From positions 25,935 through 89,934 of IMG/VR virus record IMGVR_UViG_3300032311_001249: DNA of 64,000 bases; one strand, written 5' to 3'. This document shows, piece after piece, positions 20,083 to 30,063 of the stretch. How positions within the stretch are numbered: the stretch's first letter is position 1; every line of letters starts with the position of its first letter. Source of the DNA: a virus. A program made the translations under genes and the position numbers. The notes beneath the pieces were generated by a model. The model was not told where the DNA came from and did not search any database. It saw only the letters and a program-made list of their open reading frames with translations.

Positions 20083-20345
20083 TTTTTTATTTTCTTGGAT
20101 TTATTTAAGACTGGATAACGATGAGCCATATATTCTACAACAGAATACCATGAAGTGTCTGTTAATTTTAACAACAAGGTTTTTAATTCTGGACTCTTAT
20201 TTATTAAGATAAATAGAGAAACACATGAAATCGGTTTATTTGATATAAGAGTTATAAAACTTCCAAATTTATTTATGGTATCTTCTAATTCTTGATTTAT
20301 TATATAAGTATTAGCGCACGGAAATATAAAATCTTGTTTGAACAT
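20079..20345 (-). CDS. Hypothetical protein
   Basis: 88 aa ORF with ATGA overlap to the next gene. Confidence 0.55.
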   Translation of the reverse strand: MFKQDFIFPCANTYIINQELEDTINKFGSFITLISNKPISCVSLFILINKSPELKTLLLKLTDTSWYSVVEYMAHRYPVLNKSKKIKK

Positions 20346-20353
20346 TAATATAT

Positions 20354-21715
20354 TTAATCACCTTTCATCAAAGATTCAAAATCTAAAATGTCAGATAGAT
20401 TCATGTTCTCTCCAGATGATACAGAATTATCAAAAACAGGTTCATCATTTTCGTTGTATAGTCTAAGAGTATCATAATCTATTTTAAGATAACCTTCTGC
20501 ACCCTTGGCACCATCTCTGACTTTTTTACCACCAAATCTTATTATACTGCATTCTCTGTCTTCATCTGTCTGCCATATATTAACATGTCCATCAAAGTCC
20601 GCAAGTTGATCCCAACTACCACTCATGGTATCTAAACCGGGATTATTACTTCTATGACTAGCTCTGTTAAGTTGGGCTACTGTTAGAATAGGTGCTTCTA
20701 TCTGATATGATATACCTCTACATTCTTGAACTATATACTGTAGTTCAGTGTGTTTGCTAGTCTGAGATACTGATGGTTTTAATAATGCATGCCCATCAAT
20801 ACATAATAAATCGGGAGAAACGCCAGTTTTATCTTTTAATTTTTTAAGATAAGCATATACATTTTTTGCTGAAACTCCTTTGGTTGGAACTTCTTTTATT
20901 ATAAGCTTAGAATTATATTTTCTTTTGAATTCTTCAACTTGTTTTTTATATTTGTCTATGTTTTCTCCTAACAAAGAAATAGCTATTCCTGTGAGCATGC
21001 CTGATATTCTTTTGGCATATCTCATTTCACTCATTTCTGGTGATATAATAACTACATTCTTATTTTGTAAAACAACATTCAATGCTATGTTTGCTAGAAA
21101 AATACTTTTACCCACATTGGTTTCTCCACCAATATCATAAATAGCTTTTCCTTCTTTTTGAAAACCTCCACCAAAAGCATCATCAAGACTTTTATAACCA
21201 GTAGAAATAAAACAGTCTTTTTGTTGTAGATAATTTACAACTCTGTCATTTTCACAAAAATAATCCAGACCAAAATTATCAACAAGAGTTATAGAATGAA
21301 TTTTTTCACTCTCTTTTTGTATATCATCCAAGTTGAATTCTCTTTTAGATGCTTTTTCATCAATTATTTTATCCGTTAACAATGCATATTTTCTTTGCTT
21401 TAAGAAATACTCTGTATTATTAACTAATTCTATTTCGTTGTAATCAGAATCCAACTCTTTAATATAACCTACTACTTTTTTCAGAGACTCTTTTAAAGAT
21501 ATTGTGTTTACTCTAGACTTTAATTCTGTGAGACTAGGAATACTATTTCTTTCCAAATAAAAAGTTTTAATGATATTAATTATCTCTGCTATATCCTTGT
21601 CTTTGAACAAGGATTTGTCCAGATAATCAATGATTGATGCGATATAGGTGCAGTCCTTTTTTAAACAATGCTGAATTATTACCTTCTCGAAGAAATCTAA
21701 GTCTATTTTAGCCAT
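20354..21715 (-). CDS. Replicative DNA helicase, gp41/DnaB-like
   Basis: Walker A 'GGETNVGKS', 'SPEMSE', 'IIKEVPT', 'TVAQLNR', 'KVRDG'. Confidence 0.92.
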   Translation of the reverse strand: MAKIDLDFFEKVIIQHCLKKDCTYIASIIDYLDKSLFKDKDIAEIINIIKTFYLERNSIPSLTELKSRVNTISLKESLKKVVGYIKELDSDYNEIELVNNTEYFLKQRKYALLTDKIIDEKASKREFNLDDIQKESEKIHSITLVDNFGLDYFCENDRVVNYLQQKDCFISTGYKSLDDAFGGGFQKEGKAIYDIGGETNVGKSIFLANIALNVVLQNKNVVIISPEMSEMRYAKRISGMLTGIAISLLGENIDKYKKQVEEFKRKYNSKLIIKEVPTKGVSAKNVYAYLKKLKDKTGVSPDLLCIDGHALLKPSVSQTSKHTELQYIVQECRGISYQIEAPILTVAQLNRASHRSNNPGLDTMSGSWDQLADFDGHVNIWQTDEDRECSIIRFGGKKVRDGAKGAEGYLKIDYDTLRLYNENDEPVFDNSVSSGENMNLSDILDFESLMKGD

Positions 21716-21748
21716 ATACTAACACTATCAATCAAACCTGCTAGATAG

Positions 21749-22042
21749 TCAAGAACTAACTCTAGAGAATTCTACTGATATGATGCTGTTCTGAATATTT
21801 TTTCCAGAAATGTATTTTTGACTAAACCAATCTTCAAATAATCTTTGGTCTGCTATATTTTGATTGTAGCTTGCCTTTTTATAAAAAGAATCGAACAGTT
21901 CACCTATTGTAAACTGTTCGATTCTGTTAGTTTCTTCGTTTTTTCTTCTTACTGCAATAGCGTTTTCATCTTCTAATAATATAGTTGTTATTCTAGGTTT
22001 GTTTATTAGAGTTCCTGTGGATTTTACTGTTGCCTTTATCAT
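21749..22042 (-). CDS. Hypothetical protein
   Basis: 97 aa; TAAGTA 5 nt before ATG. Confidence 0.55.
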   Translation of the reverse strand: MIKATVKSTGTLINKPRITTILLEDENAIAVRRKNEETNRIEQFTIGELFDSFYKKASYNQNIADQRLFEDWFSQKYISGKNIQNSIISVEFSRVSS

Positions 22043-22053
22043 CAGAATACTTA

Positions 22054-23055
22054 CTATAAGGAAAATTTCTTTTCCACAGCATTACAAAATTCTTTGTTTT
22101 GTAATAGACTCTCCATATATTTCTCATCTTCTTCTAATTCTGCTCTTCTAACATTTTTATCATTACCTTTTATACAATACCATCCTTGTTTTGGATTTTC
22201 TATAAATCCCAACTCTAATGCAAGATCAAAAATACCAGAATAGCGGTCTATACCTTCACCAAATCTTACTGATACTGGAAATTTGGCATTTTCTTTTACA
22301 TATCTACTAAGACCTGCTGTAAGAGTAAATCTGAAACCTGCTAATTCATCCTTTTCTTTTTCTTGTGCTTTACTGATAAAGAGTAGAGTGTGTGCAGCAT
22401 ACTGTGCTCCTCTACCACCAGCAGCAACTTCTTTACTGTACATTTCTTGAGTCTGATAAGAGTGATTGATTATGACCATAGGAATCTGTTTGATGGCAGC
22501 TTCTCCAGTAACAATTCTAAAAAATGACTTTAGTTGTTTGGCTCTGGTCATGTCTGCCACCACTTTGTTGTCTTTGGCGTCCTCTGTCTCTTTGGTGCTT
22601 CTTAACATCCCAATAGAGTCAACACACACCAAGACTCTATCCCCCTCTGAAACGTCTTCCATAAGATTAGCCACATCAGACTTTAGTTCTTCCACACTTC
22701 TGATTGGTCTATGGTCTATTCTTTCTGTATCCACACCAGCTTTTTCATAATAAGAGGGGGTGGAACCCAATTCACTATCATATAATACCACCACATAATC
22801 ATGCCCTTCATTTTCTTTTTGAAACCCTTTTATGAGTTCTATCATAAAGTTGGTTTTAAAGTGTTTTGGTGGTGCTGCTATTTGAATTATTCCTTTTGGA
22901 AGTCCTCCATTCAATTTTCCAGATAGGGCTAAGTTTAATAAGGGAACATTAGTACCTATAAAAGTTTCATCTGTAAAATATTTACTATTTTTTAATATTT
23001 CTGGTTTTAATACTGTATTTTTTCTTAATTTCTTTAAAAGGTCTGACATAAACAT
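22054..23055 (-). CDS. uvsX: RecA-like recombinase UvsX
   Basis: 'LNLALSG.L.GG', 'APPKHFKT', 'YDSELG', 'DSIGML', 'ADMTRAKQLKS', 'INHSYQT'. Confidence 0.95.
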   Translation of the reverse strand: MFMSDLLKKLRKNTVLKPEILKNSKYFTDETFIGTNVPLLNLALSGKLNGGLPKGIIQIAAPPKHFKTNFMIELIKGFQKENEGHDYVVVLYDSELGSTPSYYEKAGVDTERIDHRPIRSVEELKSDVANLMEDVSEGDRVLVCVDSIGMLRSTKETEDAKDNKVVADMTRAKQLKSFFRIVTGEAAIKQIPMVIINHSYQTQEMYSKEVAAGGRGAQYAAHTLLFISKAQEKEKDELAGFRFTLTAGLSRYVKENAKFPVSVRFGEGIDRYSGIFDLALELGFIENPKQGWYCIKGNDKNVRRAELEEDEKYMESLLQNKEFCNAVEKKFSL

Positions 23056-23059
23056 TCAT

Positions 23060-23088
23060 ATTATAACATATGTGGTATTAAATTTCAA
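23060..23088 (-). promoter_or_regulatory. Sigma70-type promoter for uvsX
   Basis: TTGAAA-N17-TATAAT with extended -10 TGn; 4 nt before ATG 23055. Confidence 0.7.
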
Positions 23089-23089
23089 C

Positions 23090-23122
23090 AAAAAAGGAGA
23101 CCTTTTTTTGGTCTCCTTTTTT
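23090..23122. terminator. Rho-independent terminator
   Basis: AAAAAAGGAGACC-T7-GGTCTCCTTTTTT hairpin downstream of the 23142 ORF. Confidence 0.85.
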
Positions 23123-23141
23123 CATTCATTTTAATAAAAAA

Positions 23142-23384
23142 TCAACAACTTGAACTTGTGCAACAACCTGAATTTTCACAAGAAGCAGGTTCTGAAATTA
23201 GATTACTTTTAAATAAAACTTTTTGTGTCTTTTTCTTTTGTTTGTTATATTCTTTTATAAATTGAGAAATTTGAACATCACCCCACTGAAATACATTTTT
23301 CAAGATGAATTTTTTTGGCAAATAATTCCAATCTTCCATCAAATAATTTAAAGAATATAGAATATCTTTTGTGTTTTGTTCCAT
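23142..23384 (-). CDS. Hypothetical protein
   Basis: 80 aa; Cys-rich tail. Confidence 0.55.
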   Translation of the reverse strand: MEQNTKDILYSLNYLMEDWNYLPKKFILKNVFQWGDVQISQFIKEYNKQKKKTQKVLFKSNLISEPASCENSGCCTSSSC

Positions 23385-23386
23385 AA

Positions 23387-23773
23387 TTAGAATAATTTTA
23401 TAATATTATCTTCTGGTTTAACAGATTGGTCTGATTGTTTGGTGTTGTTGTTTGTATTCACTGAATTTACTAAATTCAAATAATTTGATATAACATTTTC
23501 TGCTAATTGCAGATCATATTTTAAAAGAGAGCTTTTCTCGAATGTGTAAATTATATCTTCTTGAGGATTTTGTAAGAGATTTCTGATGTTAACAGCAGGT
23601 TGAATACTCAACATTTCTATGGGAATAAAATTTATATTGACTTGGTTGTTTTGACCTGATATTCCTAAAAATGCTGGTGCTTTAATTTTAATTGCTGTAT
23701 CATTTTCTTCAACTAATATTGCTACTAGTAATTCACTGATATTCTTTAATATTCCTATTACTTTTTGTTCCAT
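23387..23773 (-). CDS. Hypothetical protein, possible Sm-like beta fold
   Basis: 128 aa; beta-rich 'ELLVA.LVEE....I.IKAP' N-terminus. Confidence 0.55.
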   Translation of the reverse strand: MEQKVIGILKNISELLVAILVEENDTAIKIKAPAFLGISGQNNQVNINFIPIEMLSIQPAVNIRNLLQNPQEDIIYTFEKSSLLKYDLQLAENVISNYLNLVNSVNTNNNTKQSDQSVKPEDNIIKLF

Positions 23774-23782
23774 ATTACTATT

Positions 23783-23814
23783 AATACAGTTGAATATGCA
23801 TATTCAACTGTATT
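23783..23814. repeat. Perfect 32-bp palindrome
   Basis: AATACAGTTGAATATG|CATATTCAACTGTATT, no spacer. Confidence 0.9.
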
Positions 23815-24097
23815 TTTGATTTTTAAGTTTTCCTTGCTCTTTTCTTTCTAAAAGAGCATAATTAGACAAACTATTCATATTAAAATACTTTAACATGTCG
23901 TTATATTGATTTTGTAATCGTGAGTAATTATTAATAAATTCGCTCTCTTCGTATTCTAATAAACGATATAATTCATTTTTAGAAATCCATAAATTATCAA
24001 AATAATCTTTTCTGATCTGTTCTACATCTCTATCATTAAAAATGATGTTGTATATTCTTTTTGCTTTAATTAAAAAAGTCTTCCACTGAAAATTCAT
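23804..24097 (-). CDS. Hypothetical protein
   Basis: ORF downstream of the polymerase; ATG 24097 minimises overlap (track start 24121). Confidence 0.5.
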   Translation of the reverse strand: MNFQWKTFLIKAKRIYNIIFNDRDVEQIRKDYFDNLWISKNELYRLLEYEESEFINNYSRLQNQYNDMLKYFNMNSLSNYALLERKEQGKLKNQKYS

Positions 24098-26642
24098 ATT
24101 GTTTTTTTGGGTTAGGTACATTCCATTTCAAAGCTTCAAAAATAGGAGTTAAACATTTAATAACGCATTTTTCAAACATGGTTTCTTTATCAATTTGTAA
24201 ATCAAATTCAACTGGAAAATTGTCTGTATAAGCTATTCCATCAATATTATATTTATTGTGTTTTACATACACCAACTTGATTTTTTTACCCTCTTCTATA
24301 AGAGGATATTTATTTTCTAAACCTAGTCTTTTGATCATTTCATTATAATATACACTCCATTTTACATGTCTAGGACAACCCTTTTCTGTATTAAAACCAG
24401 TGGATTTATAATCTTTTAACACTTTGATGTTTGATCTTACAGCTATATCATTGATTGGCATGTTGAAAAAATCATCATAAGATTTAAAAAATTTTTCATC
24501 AGCTTTGTGCTTGTCAACAGAATCAAAAATACCTTTTACGATGTTTTTTATAATATCTTTGGTGTTATCTGAAAAAGTGGATTTAACAACACTTAGACCT
24601 TTGTACTTCATTTTATCCATCTTAACACCCTCTGAATTTTTTATATTCATAATATAGTGTTTTTTACCAACCCAAATTGCTTTGGGACAAGCACTTTCTC
24701 TTTTGAATTCAAATCTACAATCAATTGTATTAAAGGTTTCTATTGCCCACTCAACAACACCTTTATTTAAGTTTTCAGAAATTTTTTGTTCTATCTCTTC
24801 AAATTCTTTGGTTAAATCACCGTTCTCATCAACTATGGTTGAATTTAGTTTTTTAAGAATATCATCTATGGATAATATGGCACTGTCCGTATCTTCTGCA
24901 ATCACTCTGTCTTTCTCTGGTAGATTCCATTCATCTCTCATGTATTGATTGGCAATCTTGTCACTTTCTCTAATTAGTGCTTGTCCTGTAAGAGTGATGC
25001 TCTTGGCACAATCCAAATCATATAAAGCAAAAAATCTATTTGCAAGAACACCATAAGTGCTGTTCAAAAGAATTTTATACAGATATTGTTCTGTATCCAA
25101 CTGACTTGCCAGCATTTTTTTACTAGAATACTCATCAGACTGTGGAGAAAGATTTGTTAATTCGTTCTCTATAGAAAGCATTTGTTTTTTAACCTTTTTT
25201 CTTTTTTGATATAAGTCGTCAACGAATTCGCTGCACAAGCCTTTGGTATTTTGATCAAAGATAATTCCAGCAGCACTCACGCACCAATTTTTTTGTTTTA
25301 GAATTTCTTTGAATCTGTTCTTAGGAATATCAATCATCATTTTCTTTTTGAAATGATAGATGGTGGTAATATCATTAGTTTCATTAGCTATTTTGGCTAC
25401 TTTTGTCTCTGGACTGATATTAAGAGTAATGATGGTGTTGGGATACAAGCTGTTCAAGTCCATAACCATCACATTCTCGTATAAACCCGGTTCAGGGTCT
25501 TTCACAAACCCTCCCGGTATTTTAGTTTTATCGCCATCATCTTGAGTTGTGATGATTCTGTTTTGTAGCATTGCTTGTTTAGCAATAATACCATTAATAA
25601 TTGCCACTTTACCAAGAGCTTTATCAATATTACAAAATCCACTAAATGCACTAAATTTAGCAACATCTAGATATTTTCTTTTCTTTTCCAAATCAACCAG
25701 CAACTTAACGTCCCATATATTGTAATTTATAAAACGATTCCATTCTTTTTTAGCAAGATCAAGAAGAGATGTGTCTCCGTATTCTAATTTACCATATCCT
25801 AGTTCTTCATTACAAACAAAATCCAAACTATCGCTCTCTCTTTCACCGGGAGTAAATGTTTTATATAAAACCATGTAATCCAAGTGAGATATTCCTCCTA
25901 TATTATATTCTGTATAAGTCTGAGAAAATTTATTCTCTTTCTCATGACCATTTATATAATCCACAGGACTAAGAACTGATGATTTACCTTCTCCAAACAC
26001 CTTTTCTATTCTATGAACAATATAAGGCAAGTCGAAAGAATAAGAGTTGTATCCAACTAATAAATCTGGAAAATTAGCTCTCCAGTATCTTATGAATTTT
26101 TTAAGTAAATCCTTTTCGGACAAACAAAAAGTATATACTATTTCTTCTGGTTCTATGTCTTTTAAATGATCTTTACAAGAATAGAAATCGTACTTCTTAC
26201 AGCCCCACACAAAATACTTTTTAGCAAAACTATCATATATAGTTATACTGGTTATTTCAAATTTGGCTTCTTTAGCATCAGGAAATTCATCAGCAATAAC
26301 TTCTATGTCATAGTAAAAGATTCTAAGAGGCTGACTAGACAGTTCTGTTATATTCTTATCATAATACTTCTCCAGTAAATATTGCTGTGTTGCTGGTAAA
26401 TTGAAATATTTTTCTCCTTTATATTTTTTAAGAAATTCGTTTCTGTCCCACTCTGTTGTAAACTCTTTTTTTGATAAAGAAACTCCATCAATCCCAATTG
26501 CATCACATCTTTTCTTATCAGGAGAAGAGATGTACAAGTAAGGTCTAAATACCTCTTTCTTGTACATTCCTTGCCCGTTTTCATCATAAGTCCAGTGATG
26601 AATAGTGGAACGCTTTTTATCGTAGAATATATTTCTTAACAT
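24066..26642 (-). CDS. Family B DNA polymerase, gp43-like
   Basis: Exo I 'YDIEV', Exo II 'GYNSYSFDLPY', Exo III 'YNIWDV', 'DLNSLYP', 'KILLNSTYG', 'EDTDS', 'KKHY'. ATG 26642 follows TTGCAA-N17-TATATT-N7. Confidence 0.97.
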   Translation of the reverse strand: MLRNIFYDKKRSTIHHWTYDENGQGMYKKEVFRPYLYISSPDKKRCDAIGIDGVSLSKKEFTTEWDRNEFLKKYKGEKYFNLPATQQYLLEKYYDKNITELSSQPLRIFYYDIEVIADEFPDAKEAKFEITSITIYDSFAKKYFVWGCKKYDFYSCKDHLKDIEPEEIVYTFCLSEKDLLKKFIRYWRANFPDLLVGYNSYSFDLPYIVHRIEKVFGEGKSSVLSPVDYINGHEKENKFSQTYTEYNIGGISHLDYMVLYKTFTPGERESDSLDFVCNEELGYGKLEYGDTSLLDLAKKEWNRFINYNIWDVKLLVDLEKKRKYLDVAKFSAFSGFCNIDKALGKVAIINGIIAKQAMLQNRIITTQDDGDKTKIPGGFVKDPEPGLYENVMVMDLNSLYPNTIITLNISPETKVAKIANETNDITTIYHFKKKMMIDIPKNRFKEILKQKNWCVSAAGIIFDQNTKGLCSEFVDDLYQKRKKVKKQMLSIENELTNLSPQSDEYSSKKMLASQLDTEQYLYKILLNSTYGVLANRFFALYDLDCAKSITLTGQALIRESDKIANQYMRDEWNLPEKDRVIAEDTDSAILSIDDILKKLNSTIVDENGDLTKEFEEIEQKISENLNKGVVEWAIETFNTIDCRFEFKRESACPKAIWVGKKHYIMNIKNSEGVKMDKMKYKGLSVVKSTFSDNTKDIIKNIVKGIFDSVDKHKADEKFFKSYDDFFNMPINDIAVRSNIKVLKDYKSTGFNTEKGCPRHVKWSVYYNEMIKRLGLENKYPLIEEGKKIKLVYVKHNKYNIDGIAYTDNFPVEFDLQIDKETMFEKCVIKCLTPIFEALKWNVPNPKKQYEFSVEDFFN

Positions 26643-26649
26643 AGACTGC

Positions 26650-26678
26650 AATATAGGCAAATTCCATGATGTTTGCAA
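26650..26678 (-). promoter_or_regulatory. Sigma70-type promoter of the DNA polymerase gene
   Basis: TTGCAA-N17-TATATT, 7 nt before ATG 26642. Confidence 0.6.
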
Positions 26679-26686
26679 CAATTAAC

Positions 26687-28036
26687 TTATACAAATTGAG
26701 AAAGATTGTTTTTATAGAAATATTTGTTTTCTTTTCTTTTTTCACTACCATATTCTGTAGTGTAGATTAGCATATGCTCTTCCAAATGATCTTGTAAAAT
26801 ATATTCGCTAGCATATGATCTGACATATTTGGCAGCATTCATATAAGAGTTTTCGTCTTTTAATAAATCGTCCATCATTTTGAACATTTGTTCTGATGTA
26901 TCAAACAGATATTTCCAACCATTAAAATTATAACAATCTAAATTTTGAGCAACACAAGGGATACCTTGCATGCCAGCTTCTGTTAGTTTTATATTAGCTT
27001 TTGATCTAGAGAAATTGTTATCTTGTAAAGGTGCTATGCATAAATCAACATCAAGAGATTTTAATTTTTCTGTATAGTCTGTGATAGCAGCCCAATCATG
27101 AAACTCTATACCTTTGTTTATGTATTCTCTTAAACGCATTGGTAATGCACCAAAAAATACCCATTCATATTTTTTGTCTATGGTTATATCTTTTATTATA
27201 GAATCCACTACATGACCGAAATCATCTTTTTGACCAACCTTGTTGGTTACATCAAAGTGTGTTCCGCTACCAGCATATAAAATTCTTGGTTTTGTTTTAT
27301 GCTTTTTGTATTTTTGTCTGATTTTATCTTCATCAAAACCTTTATCAAACCAATTTTTAGGAGCATAGTTAGGAATAACAGAAATCTTGTCAAAATTCAA
27401 CCATTTCTTGTAGTGATTTTTCATGTATTCAGAAACAACGGTCATTTCATCAACATATTTCATCATTTCTCTAACAGTGTTTAATACTGTATCTCCTTCA
27501 AAAGCACTCTTACAAACATTGTAGTCTGGAATATCTTGTGATGGGCAAACCACATCATCAACTTCCCAAATAATTCTAAATCCTTTACCAGTATCTTTTT
27601 TGATTTGATCCGATATGTTTCTTAGAAATTTTATAAACTCAAGTTGAGGTGCAGTGCATTGTCTTTGTAGTTTAACAGCATCAATACCCAGATAGAATTG
27701 GCCTATAGTGACCATCTGATACAGAGTCATTACAACAGCCTTGTTGTGAGCTAAAAGCTCTTCTGAGGGCCAAAGCATGCGCCAAAAGGCACAACCACTC
27801 TGGTCAGCACAATAGTTTATTATTCTGGGCAATCCTTCTCCCGGAACTGGTATTTTCACATTAGAATCTGGGGAGTATTTTATTAATTTAGAGTTTTTGT
27901 CTCCAAAGATTGATGGACCGAACTTTTTGAAAAATGGAAAACTTAAATTAGAATATTCGTTATAAGAAATCTGATTTTTCTGTGTTGGTTTTATATTAGG
28001 AACTTTAGAATTAGAACTAGAGACTATTGTTGGCAT
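26687..28036 (-). CDS. Glycosyltransferase, GT-B fold (GT4-like)
   Basis: 'GCAFWRM.WP', 'WEVDD', 'VIPN', 'YAGS.TH', 'IAPL.DN.F..SK.NIK..EAG..G.P'; TAAATA 5 nt before ATG. Confidence 0.85.
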   Translation of the reverse strand: MPTIVSSSNSKVPNIKPTQKNQISYNEYSNLSFPFFKKFGPSIFGDKNSKLIKYSPDSNVKIPVPGEGLPRIINYCADQSGCAFWRMLWPSEELLAHNKAVVMTLYQMVTIGQFYLGIDAVKLQRQCTAPQLEFIKFLRNISDQIKKDTGKGFRIIWEVDDVVCPSQDIPDYNVCKSAFEGDTVLNTVREMMKYVDEMTVVSEYMKNHYKKWLNFDKISVIPNYAPKNWFDKGFDEDKIRQKYKKHKTKPRILYAGSGTHFDVTNKVGQKDDFGHVVDSIIKDITIDKKYEWVFFGALPMRLREYINKGIEFHDWAAITDYTEKLKSLDVDLCIAPLQDNNFSRSKANIKLTEAGMQGIPCVAQNLDCYNFNGWKYLFDTSEQMFKMMDDLLKDENSYMNAAKYVRSYASEYILQDHLEEHMLIYTTEYGSEKRKENKYFYKNNLSQFV

Positions 28037-28057
28037 AATTTTATTTAAGAGTCATTT

Positions 28058-29797
28058 CTAAAAATTCAATCTTGTTATTTTATTTTCTTTTATCAAATCT
28101 ATGGTTCTACAGTTATAAGCTTCTACGTTGTGACTACGATGAGTCACTATCATATAACACTCATCTTGATTTTCTTGTAATAAATCTATTATATTCTGCA
28201 TTCCGCTGCCACATAATGCACTATCAAAAAGTTCATCCATAACAGTTATGTTTATATTAACTCCACTTTGTATTCTTCTTATATCTCTGAATGAAAACAA
28301 CATGGCAAAATCTACTCTTTTCTGCTCTCCTCCAGAAAGACTACCATAAGAATATTCTTGATCATCTATGCTTTTGAATTTCTCTTCAAAAAATTCATCA
28401 AAATAAACTCTAAATGGAGAATGTAATCTTATCAAATAATGATTTATTCTATTATTAAGAGAGTCTATGATCTTTTTAATCATGATGCTTTTTATTCCTG
28501 TTGGACTAGTGGCTTCTTTGACTATTTCTGCTAGTCTGCTTTTTTCTGATGCGCTAGAAAATTCATTCTGACATTCTTTTATTTTCTCAGCAATTAATTT
28601 TATTTTTTCTGAAAAAGGATTTTCTTGATTTTTAGCTTTGTCCAAAGATTGTTGTAAAGATTCTATCTCTAATTTACTCTTTATAAATTTCTCTTTTTCA
28701 ACGACCATATTTTTTAAATCATTCTCTATATTTCTAACAGAATTTCTGTAGTCTAGCACTTCGTTGGTCACTTTGTTTATTGCAAGTTGTAATTTATCTA
28801 TTTTGGTCTGAACATCATTTATCTTGATTTTTAAATCATTTTTTTCATCTTCTATTTGTTGTTTATTGTGTTGCTCAAATGGTCTCTTACAAGAAGGACA
28901 TTCCAACAGAGTTCCAGAAAGAGCAGACAAGTTTTTTTTCAACTGATTTTGTTCAGCTTGAATTTCTAATTTCTTTTTTATTCCAGCATTTATCTTGGTT
29001 TCCTTCTCTTGTATTATTTGTAGAATTTCTGTTTTTTTATTCTCAAGGTCGATCATTTTTTGAGAATTATCAACTGGCTGAACATTCTGACAGTTGGTTA
29101 TTTTTGCTTGCAATGTATTTATTTCTTCTCTTTTTTTAGCATCAAAGTTGTCATGATAAATCTTGTCATTCTCATAATCTCTTTGTCTAATAGTTAATTC
29201 TTGATATTTTTTGCTTTTAACATCTTCTATGTTTTTGTATTCTTCTTTGCTTAATCTGTTCCATTCTGTGAAAAATTCCAAGCCAAGAATACCTTCTATA
29301 AACTTGGTTTTCATTTCTTTTTTCTGATTTAAGAAATTCATAGAATCCTTGTTGGTCATTACTATGGTATTGGTAAACATGGTTTTTGATATACCAATTC
29401 TATCAATAATATCTTTTGTTGTTTCTGGTATGCTTTTTGTGAAATTATCACTGTCTCCATTAACACTCAAAATTAATTTTTTAGGACTCAGACTTCTGAC
29501 TATGTGTAATTCATCATCATTAACTTTTAACCATCCTTCTACTATACAAGTTTTGCCGCCATATTTATTAGGAATTAAACTCTGGTTTATATCTCTATAA
29601 GTTTCTCCGAAAAGAAGAAAGGATAATGATTCTACTATAAGGCTTGTTTTACCAACGCCATTATAAGAATCATTATCCTTATTGTATCCTGTTACAAAAG
29701 TGATGCCTTTTTGAAATTGTATTTCTATAGGATCATCTCCATAAGAGAGGAAATTACGAACTTTTATTTTTTTAAATTCTACTGTTTTTGAACTCAC
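28058..29797 (-). CDS. Recombination endonuclease ATPase subunit, gp46/Rad50/SbcC-like
   Basis: 'NFLSYG', Walker A 'NGVGKTS', Zn hook CPSC, signature 'LSGGEQKR', Walker B 'DELFD', 'VTH'. Confidence 0.95.
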   Translation of the reverse strand: MSSKTVEFKKIKVRNFLSYGDDPIEIQFQKGITFVTGYNKDNDSYNGVGKTSLIVESLSFLLFGETYRDINQSLIPNKYGGKTCIVEGWLKVNDDELHIVRSLSPKKLILSVNGDSDNFTKSIPETTKDIIDRIGISKTMFTNTIVMTNKDSMNFLNQKKEMKTKFIEGILGLEFFTEWNRLSKEEYKNIEDVKSKKYQELTIRQRDYENDKIYHDNFDAKKREEINTLQAKITNCQNVQPVDNSQKMIDLENKKTEILQIIQEKETKINAGIKKKLEIQAEQNQLKKNLSALSGTLLECPSCKRPFEQHNKQQIEDEKNDLKIKINDVQTKIDKLQLAINKVTNEVLDYRNSVRNIENDLKNMVVEKEKFIKSKLEIESLQQSLDKAKNQENPFSEKIKLIAEKIKECQNEFSSASEKSRLAEIVKEATSPTGIKSIMIKKIIDSLNNRINHYLIRLHSPFRVYFDEFFEEKFKSIDDQEYSYGSLSGGEQKRVDFAMLFSFRDIRRIQSGVNINITVMDELFDSALCGSGMQNIIDLLQENQDECYMIVTHRSHNVEAYNCRTIDLIKENKITRLNF

Positions 29798-29821
29798 AGT
29801 ATAATTTACATCATTAAATCA

Positions 29822-30031
29822 TTATTTCAACGAATCTTGTACTGTTTTTAGTTGTTCTTGTGTTATTTCATTGTTCATAAATTTTTTCAGGGCTTCTGAA
29901 AGAATTGAGAATTTTTGAGCTTCCACTTGAGATGCTGATTGTTGTTCTGCTGGTGAATGCTGTTGATACTGGCTTGTTCCAAGATGATCACCGGGTCTTG
30001 TTATGCCAAAGGCTTTTGCTGTTGTCATCAT
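29822..30031 (-). CDS. Small hypothetical protein
   Basis: ATG 30031 downstream of TAAATA (30045-30040); track start 30067. Confidence 0.5.
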   Translation of the reverse strand: MMTTAKAFGITRPGDHLGTSQYQQHSPAEQQSASQVEAQKFSILSEALKKFMNNEITQEQLKTVQDSLK

Positions 30032-30063
30032 AATAAAGTTATTTAAAAGAAAAAAACAAAATT

